A DNA stretch of 64,000 nt from Eledone cirrhosa. Lineage: Eukaryota. Below, in pieces: positions 26,357 to 39,790 of the stretch (the stretch's first letter is position 1; every line of letters begins with the position of its first letter). Below the pieces are notes generated by a model. It saw only the letters and a list, made by a program, of their open reading frames with translations, was not told the origin of the DNA and made no database searches. The stretch covers positions 16,306,001 through 16,370,000 of the forward strand of contig OZ024759.1 of assembly GCA_964016885.1 (NCBI GenBank), in the 5' to 3' direction. The translations under genes were made by a program, and so were the position numbers.

Positions 26357-27727
26357 TACATTTGCACCAACGTGGTCATACGGAAATAAACGAAGGTTGA
26401 CGAATGACGTCACATTTTTCTACTTTCACTTCTGACAGCATGGGTTAGACGGGTTGTCCTGTTGTGGGCAATGCCCGGACAGCTGACCTTGTCTTGCTCA
26501 TACGGGAACTGATTTGGGCTCAATTTCTACAGCTGGATGACCTTTCTAACACCAACCTCATTTACAATGAGTGCTTTTTTTTCCGTGACGCTTACACGAC
26601 TACTTTACAGTCTGGGGTGGGTGCTTTTTGGCCGTGGCACAACCACGACCACTTTGCAGTGGGGACATTGTCTATGTGCTTCAGCTTTGGCTTGTACCCG
26701 TGGGAAGTCGGGTCTTCTATATTACTGCGTGACGCCAGCGGTCACCGTCCTGTGTCATCACCTTAAATAAAATAGGACACACTGGATAAATGTAGTTTTG
26801 TATAGGCTTTATCAGAAAGCAAGATGGTTTGTCCATCACTAAAATGTTTTATATCGTATATCTCCTCAATCAGGGCTGACCTGGGACTAAACAACAGCTA
26901 TCTACTGTAATTGTATTTTTATAGAACGAGTGAGGCATTTACCTAGCCTCTGAAATTGGAAGAAATAGCAGCCAAATTGCCATCAAAATGTACTTTATTA
27001 TCTTGAAATAAAGGGAGCATATTAAATAATGTGGTTATATATACACTATGCCAGGAAAATAAAAAAAAAAGGCGGGAGTGATCACGTCTGCAAAATCTTT
27101 TATCATAAGTTACCCCATCGATTTTATTTTTTTACGGTGGGATTTGAACACGGAGTGTAGAAAACTGAAAGAAATACTGCAAAACATTTTATCTGACTTT
27201 CAAATAGATGAATTCCTTTCGACCATCGGAAACTATAAAAAAAAAGTTATGTTGTCGTTGGACCTCCGTCGGTTCCGACGACGAATGTTCCAATTGTTAA
27301 AACAACTGAACAGCCACCTCCTAAAATTAACGTGCAAGTGTCTGAGAATTCAAGAAACAAGAGTACCCATAACGTAATTCTCAGGGAGATTCAGCAAGAC
27401 ACTGTGTGATATATCTGGGATCTTTGAATTACAGTTACAACTCGCTGTTTTCGCATTCTATCCACATCCTCGTAATATTGGCGCTGTGATCTCTCAATTC
27501 TGAGAAGTAGTGGCTCTACCTGAAGCAACTCTTTGATCTCCAAGTTACACATTCTTTCCAGAGACTTTCTTTCCACATGTTCATAGTATCAGAGCTGTGA
27601 TCTCGCAATTCTGAGAAGTAGTGGCTCTACCTGGAGCAACTCTCTGATCTCCAAGTTACACATTCTTTCCACATGTTCGTAATATCAGAGCTCTGATATC
27701 TCAATTCTGAGAAGTAGTGGCTCTACC

Positions 27728-29932
27728 ATCATCTTGTGGTTGGAAAAATCCACTTGAGGTTGAAGAAGAACAAAGCAAATAAGACCGTGAGGCCATATGC
27801 TGTCACAAGCCTGCAAGACCAAGGCACCACAGAGGGATTCTACCTGGAGATCAGGAATAAGTTCCAAGAACTATAGCACGCACAGAACCGTGAAGACCAG
27901 TGGCAGATGTTTGCTCAGGCAGTCAGGGCGAGTGCTGATGTAGTTATTGGTAGAAGGGGGACCAACCGGGATCAGTAGATCAGCAGTACTTCGTGGAATC
28001 TCATTGACGAGAGGAAGGATGTTAAGAACAAAAGAGATCAAACCAAAGCTCGACAGCAATGAAAGGAAGTGGACAAAGAGTACAGACGTCTTGACAAGGA
28101 AGTAAAGAAGAACTGTCGAAAAGACAAGCGCCAGTGGGTAGAAGATCGGGCTGCAGAGGCACAGGTGGCAGCAGATCGAAATGATTCCAAGACGCTGTAC
28201 CGGATCATCAGGGAGCTAATTGGAGGATGAAGTGGAAGCAGTTTGCCAATCAAGAGCAAAATGGTCAGATGCTTGCAGCCAGTGAAGAGCAGGCCCAGAG
28301 GTGGAACGAATACTTTCGTGAGGTCCTCAATCAGCCATCCCCCAACACAGTCTTAGAGCTTGACTGGGAGGAAGCGAGCTTACCGGCTGGATGTACGACT
28401 AGACGACGACATCACAAGAGCTGAGGTGGCCAAGGCCATCCGCTGCCAAAAGAATAACAAAGCGGCAGGGCTGGATGAGATTCCTGCAGAGCTTCTGAAG
28501 CACGGCAAGGATGTAATAGAGGAGCAGCTCACCCATTTATGCAATGTGATTTGGCAAGAAGAGGAGGTGCCAGAGGACTGGGGAAATGGAGTGATTGTAC
28601 CACTACCGAAGAAGGGCTGTCTCAGCGACTGCAACAACTGGAGAGGGATCACGTTGCTATCAGTGCCAGGGAAGGTATTCTGCACAGTCATCCTGAACCG
28701 GCTGAGAGCAGAAGTAGATCGTCATCTTCGAGACGAACAGGCTGGCTTCCGCAGTGGAAGGTCTTGTTCAGAGCAGATCTTCACTCTCCGAAATATCATT
28801 GAACAATGTCGGGAGTTCCACAAGTCCCTTGTTGTCAACTACATTGACTTCAGGAAAGCTTTCGACAGTGTTCATCGGGAGTCATTGTGGAAGATTGTAA
28901 GACTCTACGGTGTCCCAGAGAAATATATTAACATCTTCAGGTCGCTGTACCGACATTCCAGGTGCTGCGTTAGGACGGAAACACGGAAATGTTTGACATC
29001 TTGACGGGTGTTCGACAAGGCTGCATCCTTTCGCCTTTCCCTTTCCTTTTCCTCATTGTTATCGATTTCATCATGAAGAAGACAATGAGTGATCCTCGTT
29101 TTGGTATCAGTTGGGATGGAAGGAGATTAAGCGACCTGGACTTTGCCAATGACATCGCAGTGATAGGCCATGCCCGAGAAGACCTGCAAGAGATGACAAA
29201 CGTTCTAAATGACAATGCAGAGACAGTTGGCCTGCGCATCAGTTGTGAAAAAACCAAGACCATGTCGACAGGTGACCCTCCAAATCCTTCCATCATGGTT
29301 GGTCAGCGTAACATTGAATGTATAAACCACTTCCAATACCTTGGCAGTAACATCTCTGACGATGGGGATGCTGAGGTGGATGTGCGCACAAGGCTGGGAA
29401 AAGCAGCGGCGGTCTTCCAGCGACTTCGTCCAGTATGGTCCAGGTGTTCCACCGGCAACGCCGTCAAATTCCATGTCAAACATGTCCATTGTAGTACCAA
29501 CAGTGATATATACCTGTGAGACATGGAAGAGTACGGAAAGTGTATGTAACAAGCTTGATGTATTCCACCGTCGTTGCATTCGGACCATATTGAAAATTTC
29601 ATGGAGAGACCAAGTTAGCAATGAGGAAGTGATGAGGAGGTCAGGATTGGAGAGGTTAAGGGACATTGTCCGGAAAAGGAGACGGCGGTTCGCGGGCCAC
29701 ATCCTTCGTTTGCTGGCAGATCGACCTGCTCTTATTGCCATGGATTGGGTACCAGAGGGTAGCAGGAGAGAATGGGGAAGACCACAAAAAACATGACGGA
29801 GCACATTCAGGGAGGACCTGCGGGAGATGGGAATTACCTGGAGAGGTGCTAGAAGGGCCGCCAGTGACAGGATCAAGTGGAGGAAGCTCGTCGCCCAATG
29901 TTCCACAAGGGACTGGAGGAACTAAGACTAAG
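27728..29932 (+). mobile_element. RTE/BovB-like LINE, 5'-truncated, with 12-bp TSD
   Basis: Begins at the endonuclease end (HHLVV). NWRGITLLS, QAGFRSGRSC, IDFRKAFDSV, GVRQGCILSP and DFAND motifs. TSD AGTGGCTCTACC at 27716-27727 and 29933-29944, with an (ACTAAG) tail. Confidence 0.95.
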
Positions 29933-30282
29933 AGTGGCTCTACCTGGAGCAACTCTCTGATCTCCAAGTTACACTTTCTTTCCACATGTTCATAGTATCA
30001 GAGCTGTGATCTCTCAATTCTGAGAAGTAGTGGCTCTACCTGGAGAGACCCTCTGATCGCCAAGCTATGCACTCTATCAAGTAACGTTACTCCAAAGATC
30101 CTTAAAATGCCTATCCGTTATATTATGTATGGTTTGAAAATCTGAAATAAAAGAGAGTTATTATACATGTCTTCATACAATAATATATAAATTTATTCAA
30201 AAAGTAGCTACACATTATGTAGCAACTATTGTAATTTATGCTAATATTTTTCAGCCTTTTTGTTCCAGTTGACAAAACTGTA

Positions 30283-30750
30283 TCATCATCATCATCATTG
30301 TTTAACGTCCATTTTCCACTCTAGTATGGGTTAGATGAGCTGTCCCCTTGAGAGACAAGCCAGGTCGGTTGACCATGTTTTGCTCATACAGAACTGATTT
30401 TGGCTTGGTTTCTACAGCTGAATGCCCTTCTTAATGCCAATCACATTTACAGTGTGTACTATGTGCTTTTTGTTGTGACACCTACACAACCACATTATAG
30501 TGTGAACTGGGCACTTTTTACCGTGTCTCCTACACAACCACTTTACAGTGTGGACTGGGTGATTTTTGTTGTGACACCTACATGACTACTTTACAGTATG
30601 GACTGGGTGTTTTTGTCGTGGCACCTACACGACCACTTTACAGCGTGGGCTGAGTGCTTTTTGTTGTGTCACCAGCATGACCACTTTACAGTCTGGGCTG
30701 GGCACTTTTTGTTGTGACACCTACACAACCACTTTACAGTGTGGACTGGG
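30283..30750 (-). mobile_element. SINE-like element with internal 49-bp repeats and RTE-type tail (also ~26440-26670, 40363-40610, 43220-43700, 58097-58315, 61915-62185)
   Basis: Shared CCACACTGTAAAGTGGT units, GGAAGGGCATCCAGCTGTAGAAA, and the tail AACCCATGCTAGCGTGGAA...GACGTTAAA(ATG)n. Confidence 0.75.
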
Positions 30751-31366
30751 CGCTCCTTGTGGCTCCATGTATAATATATATTTCCACCATTAAATCTGCA
30801 TTTTTAAAGTAATTTTTATATCTTATACTGCTTCTTTCTTATTTCAGAATATCGGATGACATTGAATATTTTTCATCTTTAAAGACCAAAAGATGTTTTA
30901 CAGAAGAGATATAAAACCCTGTCTATATAAATTTGAGGTAGAATTACTGTGAAATATTACCTCTGAGGGAGATACATAACAACATTTTTGTATTTCATTG
31001 ACTGGAATGTGTTCAAGATGATTTTACATTCTGATTAAGTTTGGACATAATTCTAAAGAAGTTTTCATCAATTGAACAAAGATCACAGTTAATGGAAATA
31101 TTTCATCATCATCATTAATTAGTGCCCATTTCCCATGTTAGCAAGGGTTGGATATGTCATCACAGACCGGGCAGTACTGAAGCAGAACGGCTGACTTTCA
31201 GGTGGGCCAGAAACCGGACATACAATCCCACATTCAACTGAGTACATTTTATAGTAACATTAGTGAAGTTGTCGTGTCTTAGATACAGCAAAAGTGTTCT
31301 CTCAACCCTTTGGTTGACCTGGTTCTCCAGCAATAAAATATAAGTGTGGTGAGAAAAGAAAAAGAT

Positions 31367-32113
31367 ATGGAAATTGAATTATGTGAGAACCATTCTAAAA
31401 AGAATTTTCCTGATGTGTTACTGAAAAAGATAAGAAAAACATCTTATCAGTGTGACATTTGTAAGAAGTCATTCCCTGGAAGAAGTAAACTAACAACTCA
31501 CAAATGTATTCACACAGGAGAGAAGCCATACCACTGTGATATCTGTGATAAATCATTCACTCAGTCAAGTAATTTAACCACTCACATAAAAATTCATACA
31601 GGAGAGAAACCGTATCACTGTGATATCTGTGGTAAATCATTCTCACACAAATGTAATTTAACTAAACACAAACACACTCATACAGGAGAGAAACCATATC
31701 ACTGTAATATCTGTGGTAAATCTTTCTCTGACCCATGTAACCTAACTACTCATAAACACATTCATTCAGGACAAAAGCCATTTGAGTGTGATATCTGTGG
31801 CAAAACCTTCTCCCGAAGTAATAACTTAAATACTCATAAACATATTCATACAGGAGAGAAACCATATAAATGTGATATCTGTGGTAAATCATTCTCTCAA
31901 ATGAAGCATTTAACTGAACACAAAATCATTCACACAGGAGAGAAACCGTATCAGTGTACTGTTTGTGGTAAATTCTTCTCTCGAAAGATTAGCTTAACCC
32001 ACCATGTACGCGTTCATACAGGAGAAAAACCATATCACTGTGATATCTGTGGTAAATCATTCTCTCACAGATGTAACTTAACTCGACATGCATGTCTTAA
32101 TACAGAAAAGTAA
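31367..32113 (+). CDS. C2H2 zinc-finger protein ZNF-D, 8 fingers, 248 aa
   Basis: Intact ORF from ATG 31367 (MEIELCENH...), upstream acceptor at ~30847, and AATAAA at ~32164. Confidence 0.9.
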   Translation: MEIELCENHSKKNFPDVLLKKIRKTSYQCDICKKSFPGRSKLTTHKCIHTGEKPYHCDICDKSFTQSSNLTTHIKIHTGEKPYHCDICGKSFSHKCNLTKHKHTHTGEKPYHCNICGKSFSDPCNLTTHKHIHSGQKPFECDICGKTFSRSNNLNTHKHIHTGEKPYKCDICGKSFSQMKHLTEHKIIHTGEKPYQCTVCGKFFSRKISLTHHVRVHTGEKPYHCDICGKSFSHRCNLTRHACLNTEK

Positions 32114-32234
32114 CTGCATGTGCTAACAAAATATATTGTTTAGCTATAAATACTTGGCATGGCAATAAAGTCTTTAGAATAACCCTTTAAATGAAACTGC
32201 AAATATTGACATTAGAATTTATTTATTCTGCAAA

Positions 32235-32470
32235 ACATAATCTCCATTGAATGCAATAACATCTTTACAGTGCTTATGCAAAGCATTTAATTCTTTCTGG
32301 AACCATTCTTTCGGCAATTGTCGAAACCAGCGCAACAATTCATCTACCACCTCTTCTAATGAAGTGAAAACAAACTTTCAAAGATGTTGCTTTAATAACT
32401 TGATCACCCAATGATCGCACAAATTTAAGTCTGGACTATAGGGTGATGGTTTGATCATTGCCATTCTTCT
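32235..32470 (-). mobile_element. Mariner-type transposase C-terminal fragment (another remnant ~47460-47560)
   Basis: Minus strand translates as PSPYSPDLNLCDHW...NGDYV, with an internal stop. Confidence 0.75.
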
Positions 32471-32594
32471 CTGGAAAAAATCTTTTGTGGATTGAGCAGT
32501 TCAATGTGTGTATTATAAACTCACAAGAATGACAGCAAAATAATTATGCATAGGGCTGTGACAAAATAAAGCATTCATACAGAATATCACACAT

Positions 32595-32930
32595 GGAGGC
32601 ACGTGGCTTAATGGTTAGAGCATTGGCCTTGCAATCGAAAGGTTATGAGTTCAATTCTCAGACCAGGTGATGTGTTGTTTCCTTGAGCAAGACACTTTAT
32701 TTCACATTGCTCCAGTTTACTCAGCTGTAGAAATGAGATGATAGGGACTGGGGTCCATATCATTCCACTGCAAAGTGGTCGTGGAGGTGCCACGGCAAAA
32801 AAGCACCCAGCACTCACTGTAAATGAGGTTGACGTTAGGAAGGGCATCCAGCTGTAGAAATCAAGCCAGAATCAGTTCCTGTCCCACCCTTGCAAGCAGA
32901 GAAAAGCGGACGTAAAATGAAATGAAATGA
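32595..32930 (+). mobile_element. tRNA-derived SINE with CORE-like domain and RTE tail (also 53094-53430, 46865-47155; heads at ~4260, ~21761, ~62233, ~62466)
   Basis: A box TGGCTTAATGG, B box AGTTCAATTC, CCTTGAGCAAGACACTT core, and a 3' end CCCTTGCAAGCAG.GAAAAGCGGACGTAAAATGA that matches the RTE tail. Confidence 0.85.
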
Positions 32931-33501
32931 ATGAATGTACAACAAAGTTCAAATTCCAACTAATATTAACTCCATTTACTGCTATATTTGACACACAGCC
33001 TACTGTTGTAAAGACTTTATTGCCACGTCAAGTATATTCACACAGTGAAGACAATGTAACATTATTTGTTATATATAACTGCAAGTATATCTATATTGGA
33101 GAGATAACATAGTACTGGAATCATCATCATTAGTTAACATCTCCTTTCCCTGATAGCATGAGTTGAACAAATCTACATAGACCAACTCAGTACTGAAGCC
33201 AGGCCACTGACATCCAAGACAGACAGGGGATCTCTTTATCCCACTTATGTCCAGACATCGAGTGCAAAAGAGATGTGTCTTTTGAGGCAAACTGAAGAGT
33301 CCTCTTCACACCTTATTTAGCAAGCTTTCTATAGCTGGATTCCCTTCCTAGCACCAACCACTTTACAGCATGTACTGGGTGCTTTTGTTGTGTAGATTGA
33401 GATTTTGACATTAAATTTGATATAAATGCAAAATGGTTGTTAGTGTTTTAGTGTCTGTTTTCTATATTGGAATGTTTTAGATATGTCTGCCATACAGAAT
33501 T

Positions 33502-33940
33502 TCATCTCAACAGTGAGTCCCAGATCTTTAGATCTCATCTCAACTGTGAGTCCCAGATCTTTAGATCTCATCTCAACTGTGAGTCCCAGATCTTAAGATC
33601 TCATCTCAATTGTGAGTCCCAGATCTGAAGACCTCATCTCAAGTGTGAGCCCCAGATCTTAAGACCTTATCTCAACTGTGAGTCCCAGATCTTAAGATCT
33701 TATCTCAACAGTAAATCTCAGATCTTAAGATCTCTACTCAACTCTGAGTCCCAGATCTTAAGATCTGATCTCAACTGGGAATCTCGGATCTTAACATCTC
33801 ATTTCAACTGTAAATCTCAGATCTTAAGATCTCATCTCAACTGGGAATCTCAGATCTTAAGATTTCATCTCAACTGTGTGTTCCAGATCTTAAGATCTTA
33901 TCTTAACTCTGAGACCCAGATCTTAAGATCTGATCTCAAC
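33502..33940. repeat. 33-bp minisatellite, ~13 copies, with palindromic core
   Basis: Unit TCTCAACTGTGAGTCCCAGATCTTAAGATCTCA. AGATCTTAAGATCT is a perfect 14-bp palindrome. Confidence 0.93.
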
Positions 33941-36266
33941 ACTTTTTGTGAATATTCTTGATAACCTGAAATCTATTATTTTATAAGTAGAACGACATCA
34001 AACCTTATGTTGTCACCACTAAACTATAGAATTCAGAAACTTGATCAATATATGATCATCATCATCATCACCGTTTAACATCTCTTTTTCCACGCTAACA
34101 TGGGTTGGGCGAGTTGTCCTGTTGTGAGACAAGTCAGATTAGATAACTATGTCTTGCTCATACACAAATGTTTCTGACTTGGTTTCTACGACTGGATACC
34201 TTTCCTAATGCCAACCACTATTATAGTGTGAACTGGGTGCTTTTTATTGTATGACACCCAAAAACTGCACATTAGAGGGTCGGGCGCCATGCTTTACAGC
34301 ACAGAGTTACGACCATTGACAGTTTGAGTTCAAATCCCGCCGAAGTTAACTTTGCCTTTCATCCTTACGGGGTCGATTAAATAAAGTACCAGTAATGCAC
34401 TGGAATAATTGCTGGCCTTGTGCCAAAAGTAGAAACAATTATTTTATAGACCCCCGGGGCGGATGAAATGCAAAGTTGACCTTGGTAGGATTTGAACTCA
34501 GAATGTAAACGACCAGAACAAATACTGCAATGGCACTTCATCCAAGGCTCTAGCAATTCTGCTTATTTCCTTGATTAGTATGGGTATTGCTGGTGCCAAG
34601 ATAAAAGGCATACAGTCCACCCTGTAAGTTGGTAGTGCTAGTATACCAACAAAAAGCACCCAGTATGCACTGTAAGGCAGTAGAGCTGGTACCATGACAA
34701 AAAATGCCCAGTACAGCCTGTAAATTGGTAATGCTGGTACCCTAACAAAAAGCACCCAGTCTAAATTAGAAATCAATCTAATCCAATACAGGGCCTTCTC
34801 ACTCCTGTTGGAAGGAACCCCTCCCTGGTTGACCTCCACCATTGTCTGTTTGATTTTGGCTATTTCAGGGGGTGTAGTTGTACTCGCCAGGCTTAGCCAA
34901 ATTTGGGTTGGTGAAGCTATTTAGCCCGTAATTGGGGTGGGAGACCATTGATTCTGAGGAGTTCATCCTCCCTTTTAGCAGCTCTTGTTTTCTGTGCTGA
35001 CAAGGTTCCACTTACCCTCCTCACCAGAAATGGGTCTTGTTGGTGAGCCAGTTTAGTTGCCAACCACTTGACCAAGAAGCAAGTTTTACAATACTTTTGA
35101 AAGCTATATTTGTTCAAAATACATAAAAAATCACATGTAAAGAACTTAAATTTCAACTTGAAACTTCTAGTCAGAGAGTGACTCCAGGTAGAGCTGCTAC
35201 TTCTCCGAATTGAGAGATCACAGCTCCGATACTATGGGCATGGGGTTAGAATGTCTCAGGAAAGAATTGCAGGACAGATTTTATGGGTGAAACCAATAGG
35301 TAGGAGACTCAGGGATAGACTCCAAGCAAGATGGTTGGATAATGTCCATGAGCTTAGTTGGTCACAGCCGGATCAGTTAGAGATACTTGCTTATGACAGG
35401 ACCAGCTGGAGAGAGTGTTTGAGGACTCTGCCCCCACAACCCTCTCAGGAATAAGTGGGCAAAGAAAAGAAAAAGAACTTCTAATCAAACCTATTGACTA
35501 AGTAAACTTAAAATCAAAATTATTTTTGCTATTAGACCGACCTCAAAGATGGGTGTAATAATTGTTTCTGATTTAGGCACAAGGCCAACAATTTTAGAGG
35601 AGGGGAAAATCAATTATATCAACCACAGTTCATTATTGATACTTTATTTTATGAATTCAACTTTGCCTTCATCCTTTCAAAGTGGATAAAAAAAAAGTAC
35701 CAGGTTAATTCTTCTTCCTCTATATCTTTTTCTGACTTCCTCTTTAACTCCTCTCCTTCTCTGGAAGAAATCAACTATGTTCAAATCTGGAGAGGAGATG
35801 GGCTCCACCAGGTTTAAAATGCCCAAACCACATTATGCCACTATGACTCCATCAGGAGTTACTGGTCCATACATAGATAAAATACCCCTTTCTATCATGA
35901 ATAACCATGAGTTTTGCACCTAGAAATTTCCCCTTTGAGGTGCAAGCTTAGGCAAGGTGTTTTTAAGGAAGACTAGACATCACCCATGCACACAACTGAT
36001 ATTATCCAAGAAAAAGGCAAAGGCCGATACAGCTTTGGTACCAGTGACATTGCAACTCATTTCTCCAAATGGAGCGATGTGAAATGAAGTGTCTTGTTCA
36101 AAGACAATACATATATATACACATATTTAGTGAACATATGATGATACCAGTTGGTTGATGGTAGCCACAAATGAAGCAATGCATTCATACAGGAAACACA
36201 TCATACAATAGCGAAATAGCTTCTCTACTTAAACAGTCAAAGCATTTTGTTTCCCAATTCCTTTAA

Positions 36267-36470
36267 TTAACCCTTTAGCATTTAAATTACTTTATATATG
36301 CTGTTATATTTTCACTGTAAAGACTATCTCACATAAAATCAAATCTATGAGATTTTGATGTTATTTAATTTGAGAATAATACCTTAACATAAGTATGAAT
36401 GGCTGGTTACAGCCAGTTTGAACAGAAAGAGGTGAGAAAATTCTGGCCAATTTAAATGCTAAAGGGTTAA
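36267..36470. mobile_element. piggyBac-type MITE (also ~36796-36990, 43962-44190, 56900-57604 nested, 61072-61298)
   Basis: TTAA-CCCTTTAGCATTTA ... TAAATGCTAAAGGG-TTAA, i.e. a TTAA target with CCC/GGG termini. Confidence 0.85.
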
Positions 36471-37726
36471 GGAGAAATGACAGACAGTACTTATATTGAG
36501 AAGTTTTGCTACATTTACTGCACACTTTGCTTCCAACTCTATAATAGACATATCATCAATTTCGTTTTAACACCTGTTTTCCTTGCTATTGGTGCCATGA
36601 TAATACAAACACATTAAACTTTACAAAATGGTTGGTGTTAGAAAGGGCACCCAGCCTTAGGAACCATGCCAAAAACTGAAATATACACAAGATGTGGGTC
36701 CATAGTCTGTCGGTAAGGAGACAGTAACTCCGATTAAATACTGACATGATCCATGACAACCCATCTAACACTTGCTAGCATGGAGAAACAAACATTAACC
36801 CTTTAGCCTTTATATTACTCTATATTTACTATTGTATAGGTTTTATCTCACATAATATCAAATCTATGAGATTTTGATATTATTTATATTGAGAACAGTA
36901 CCTTAACATCATTATGAGCAACTAGTTGCAGCTGGTTTGAACAGAAAAAAGTGAAAGAATTCTGGCCAGTTTAAATGCTTAAGGGTTAAATGTTGATGAT
37001 GATGATGATAAGAGAACTCGCAATTGTGCCAAATGCTACATCTCACACACCAAGTATCAGGGCAATATTATTCATAAGGATGACTATGGGGCCATTTTTT
37101 TTCTGCTGTAGTGGATTGAAAGATTGAAATGCCAGAGGTAGCCCCAAATACCTGAAAGCCTAGTGGCCCAGCCAAGGATCTTTTATGGAGGACAGATATT
37201 CTCAACATAGCTACAACTGCACACCCCTCCGCCAACGAACTGGTTCAGCTCTTCAGAACCTGAAAAATACTTCAACCTTTATTAATTAATGATCCTCTAC
37301 AAAACTCAGGTGAGACTAACAATAGAGTAGAACTGGAACGCTCGTCGTTGTCAATGACGAAGGACCAGCACTAGCAAAAGATACTTATACTGTTTGGATG
37401 TCTCCCCTGCCTTAATGATTATCATTCTTTTCGCTAAGGTTGGAATATATTTTGATTAATCAAAATTACGTTAGCGACAACTTTACTAAATTGTTAAACC
37501 TGATAAAACTTAAAGCAGAGCCTTAAAAAATAAAGATTTGGTAAATTTACAGAAAACACTCATCAGGCGTTCAGTGGAAAATTGTCTTTTCCTAGTTATT
37601 TTTTTCTTTTTCGTGTTTCCAACGAATCTGTCTTTAAACACAGTTGGAAATTATTCGTCTTTTAGTTAACCATACCTTACAACAAATGTCGTAAGGTTGG
37701 AGCGTGAGTGTGCGAAAGTTTAGAGT

Positions 37727-37773
37727 GTGTCTGATGATCCTGTGAGTTCGTAGGTGAAACTCCAGAGTAACAT
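37727..37773 (+). ncRNA. Minimal hammerhead-like ribozyme
   Basis: GTGT-CTGATGA-tCCTGTGAgtTCGTAGGt-GAAA-CTCcaGAG-TA-ACAT. Confidence 0.6.
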
Positions 37774-38413
37774 CGCGGGCATTGAGTACTTTTTCCGACG
37801 ACCGTCAATAATACACGCATATTTATATATAAATATTTATTAAAGTGTTGGGGGGGGGGGGGGGGGCTGACGGATGAGCTCTTGCCTATTCCAAAGCAAA
37901 TTCCACATAATACATACATATATATATTATATGGGGCTAACCGACCAGGAATATGCAAACCCCATTTAGTTTAAATGAGTTAATAGCACAACTATATCAT
38001 GCAAAGAATAATTCAAAGCTCAAATGTAAATTTAGAGTTCACAGCAAGATAGGTAAAAAAATCCAATCGGTTAATTTCTAATCACAGTAGTTTCACAATA
38101 TGACAGAATATATATATAAAAGAATAAAATAACCAGGATTAAATTACATTAATTTTTTCAATTGATTTACGAACGTTTATATATATATATATATGATTTA
38201 AAATAGAAATGGCCTCTACTATGTATTGAGTACTGTGGTTACACCCCGAGACTCACATATAAATATATATAATCTTACACCTAACATTTTATTGTTACTT
38301 TACAACTAATTTGGTGGTTAGATTCGTTAAAAATACCCGAATAATAATAAAAGAACCTTTGGGAGGAGGGGGATCAAGAATTTGCCACTGAAAAACTAAA
38401 GTGTGTTTTATAC

Positions 38414-38658
38414 ACCGGAAGTTGTGTTGATAAATATTTTATTGTCTTCAACTTTACCAAAATGTTTTCAATATTCCGGCTTCTTGAAGATGAACCAGAA
38501 AGGAATTGAAGAAATACATTAGAATGACAAGGAAATGGATTTTATATTACATCAACTGGCTAGGAAAGCATTATAAGTATATAAATCTATCCTAGTTCTT
38601 GCCTAGTACTTAATTTTATCATCTTCGGAAGATATAAAGATGACTTCAGAAGGTAATT
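38414..38658 (+). promoter_or_regulatory. Candidate promoter / first exon for ZNF-E
   Basis: CCGGAAGT ETS motif at ~38415, TTCCGG at ~38476, and an AAG|GTAATT donor at ~38652. The link to ZNF-E is inferred only. Confidence 0.3.
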
Positions 38659-38680
38659 AAATGCATTTAATTATTTTCCT

Positions 38681-38733
<53 letters not shown>

Positions 38734-39029
38734 TTTTAAATAATAACGATATTTTTTATTCATAGTTGCACAAATAACATTACAAATCGTTTGCAATTCC
38801 TTCAGAATGAAAATATAAACAGAGCATATAAATAAATTTACAGTAGAATAACATAACAAATATGTTTTAAATATATACATAAATAACATTACAAATGCTT
38901 CGGTAACACTACAAAGGATGATACAATGAAAGATATATTCTTTTAATGTTACATTATTAAAGAAAATGTAAAGGAAGGGGTGAACAACGGAGCCAACACC
39001 AGAGCAAAAGACAGCAACGAGAAGTACTG

Positions 39030-39368
39030 GGGAACCTCTCTAATGATTTTTGAGGCAAGCCAGCACACTCGCAGCATTGCCTCGGGTGATGGCGAGGCTG
39101 ATGCGCTGAAACAGCCAAGCACCCTCGCGAGATTCGCCAGTCACCTCTATTAGGCGAGCCGCCAGTGAGGAAAGGAACCTCGCAGTCAGCGGCCCAACTA
39201 CCCCAAACGTCTCGAAAGCCACAGACTGAAAAATGTAGCTGGCCGACAGATCAGAGTATTTGAGGGTCTTACTCCGTTCGGCTGCAGAAGCTGTGGCCTC
39301 ACTGCAGCATCCGGGATGTGGGGAAGAGCAAAAGAGTCACTAACAGTGACGTCCCAGGCAAGGCACCA
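39030..39368 (-). mobile_element. CRE-clade non-LTR retrotransposon 3' fragment (also ~41080-41260 plus, ~49000-49575 plus)
   Basis: LAWDVTVSDSFA...AFETFG...WLFQRISLAITRGNAASVL and RHTEQN..IKRAL..PSILE: a restriction-like endonuclease region. Confidence 0.75.
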
Positions 39369-39746
39369 ATAAAGAATAACCGGGATTTGAATTAAACTAT
39401 TTAATTTATCGACGGATGTTTCGATAAAAATAACAAAAATATTCATTCTTGCTATATTAATCTCTTCGGAATCTGCTAAATAACATTAATATTACCAATA
39501 CATGTCCATAAGACAATCACAGAAGTTCGAAAATGTAAACAAATTCAAATACTGTTGGGAAAACATTAAAATTTATCTTTATATGGTTGTATTATCAACT
39601 CACATATATATATAAATGGCTTATACAGGACTAGACCTGTTTAATTCAAAGAAAATAATCAGGAAAGCCCATTGTCATTGTGATATTTTTTTTAGTACCG
39701 TACTTACTGTGGTTACCCCCGATTGAACCCGGGAGTCACACATTAT

Positions 39747-39790
<44 letters not shown>

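Noticed and set aside
32595-32670. tRNA genes at SINE heads
   Set aside because: No complete cloverleaf; they continue into SINE bodies.
33502-33940. CRISPR array (palindromic repeat plus spacer)
   Set aside because: The linkers are variants of a single sequence and only 19 bp long.
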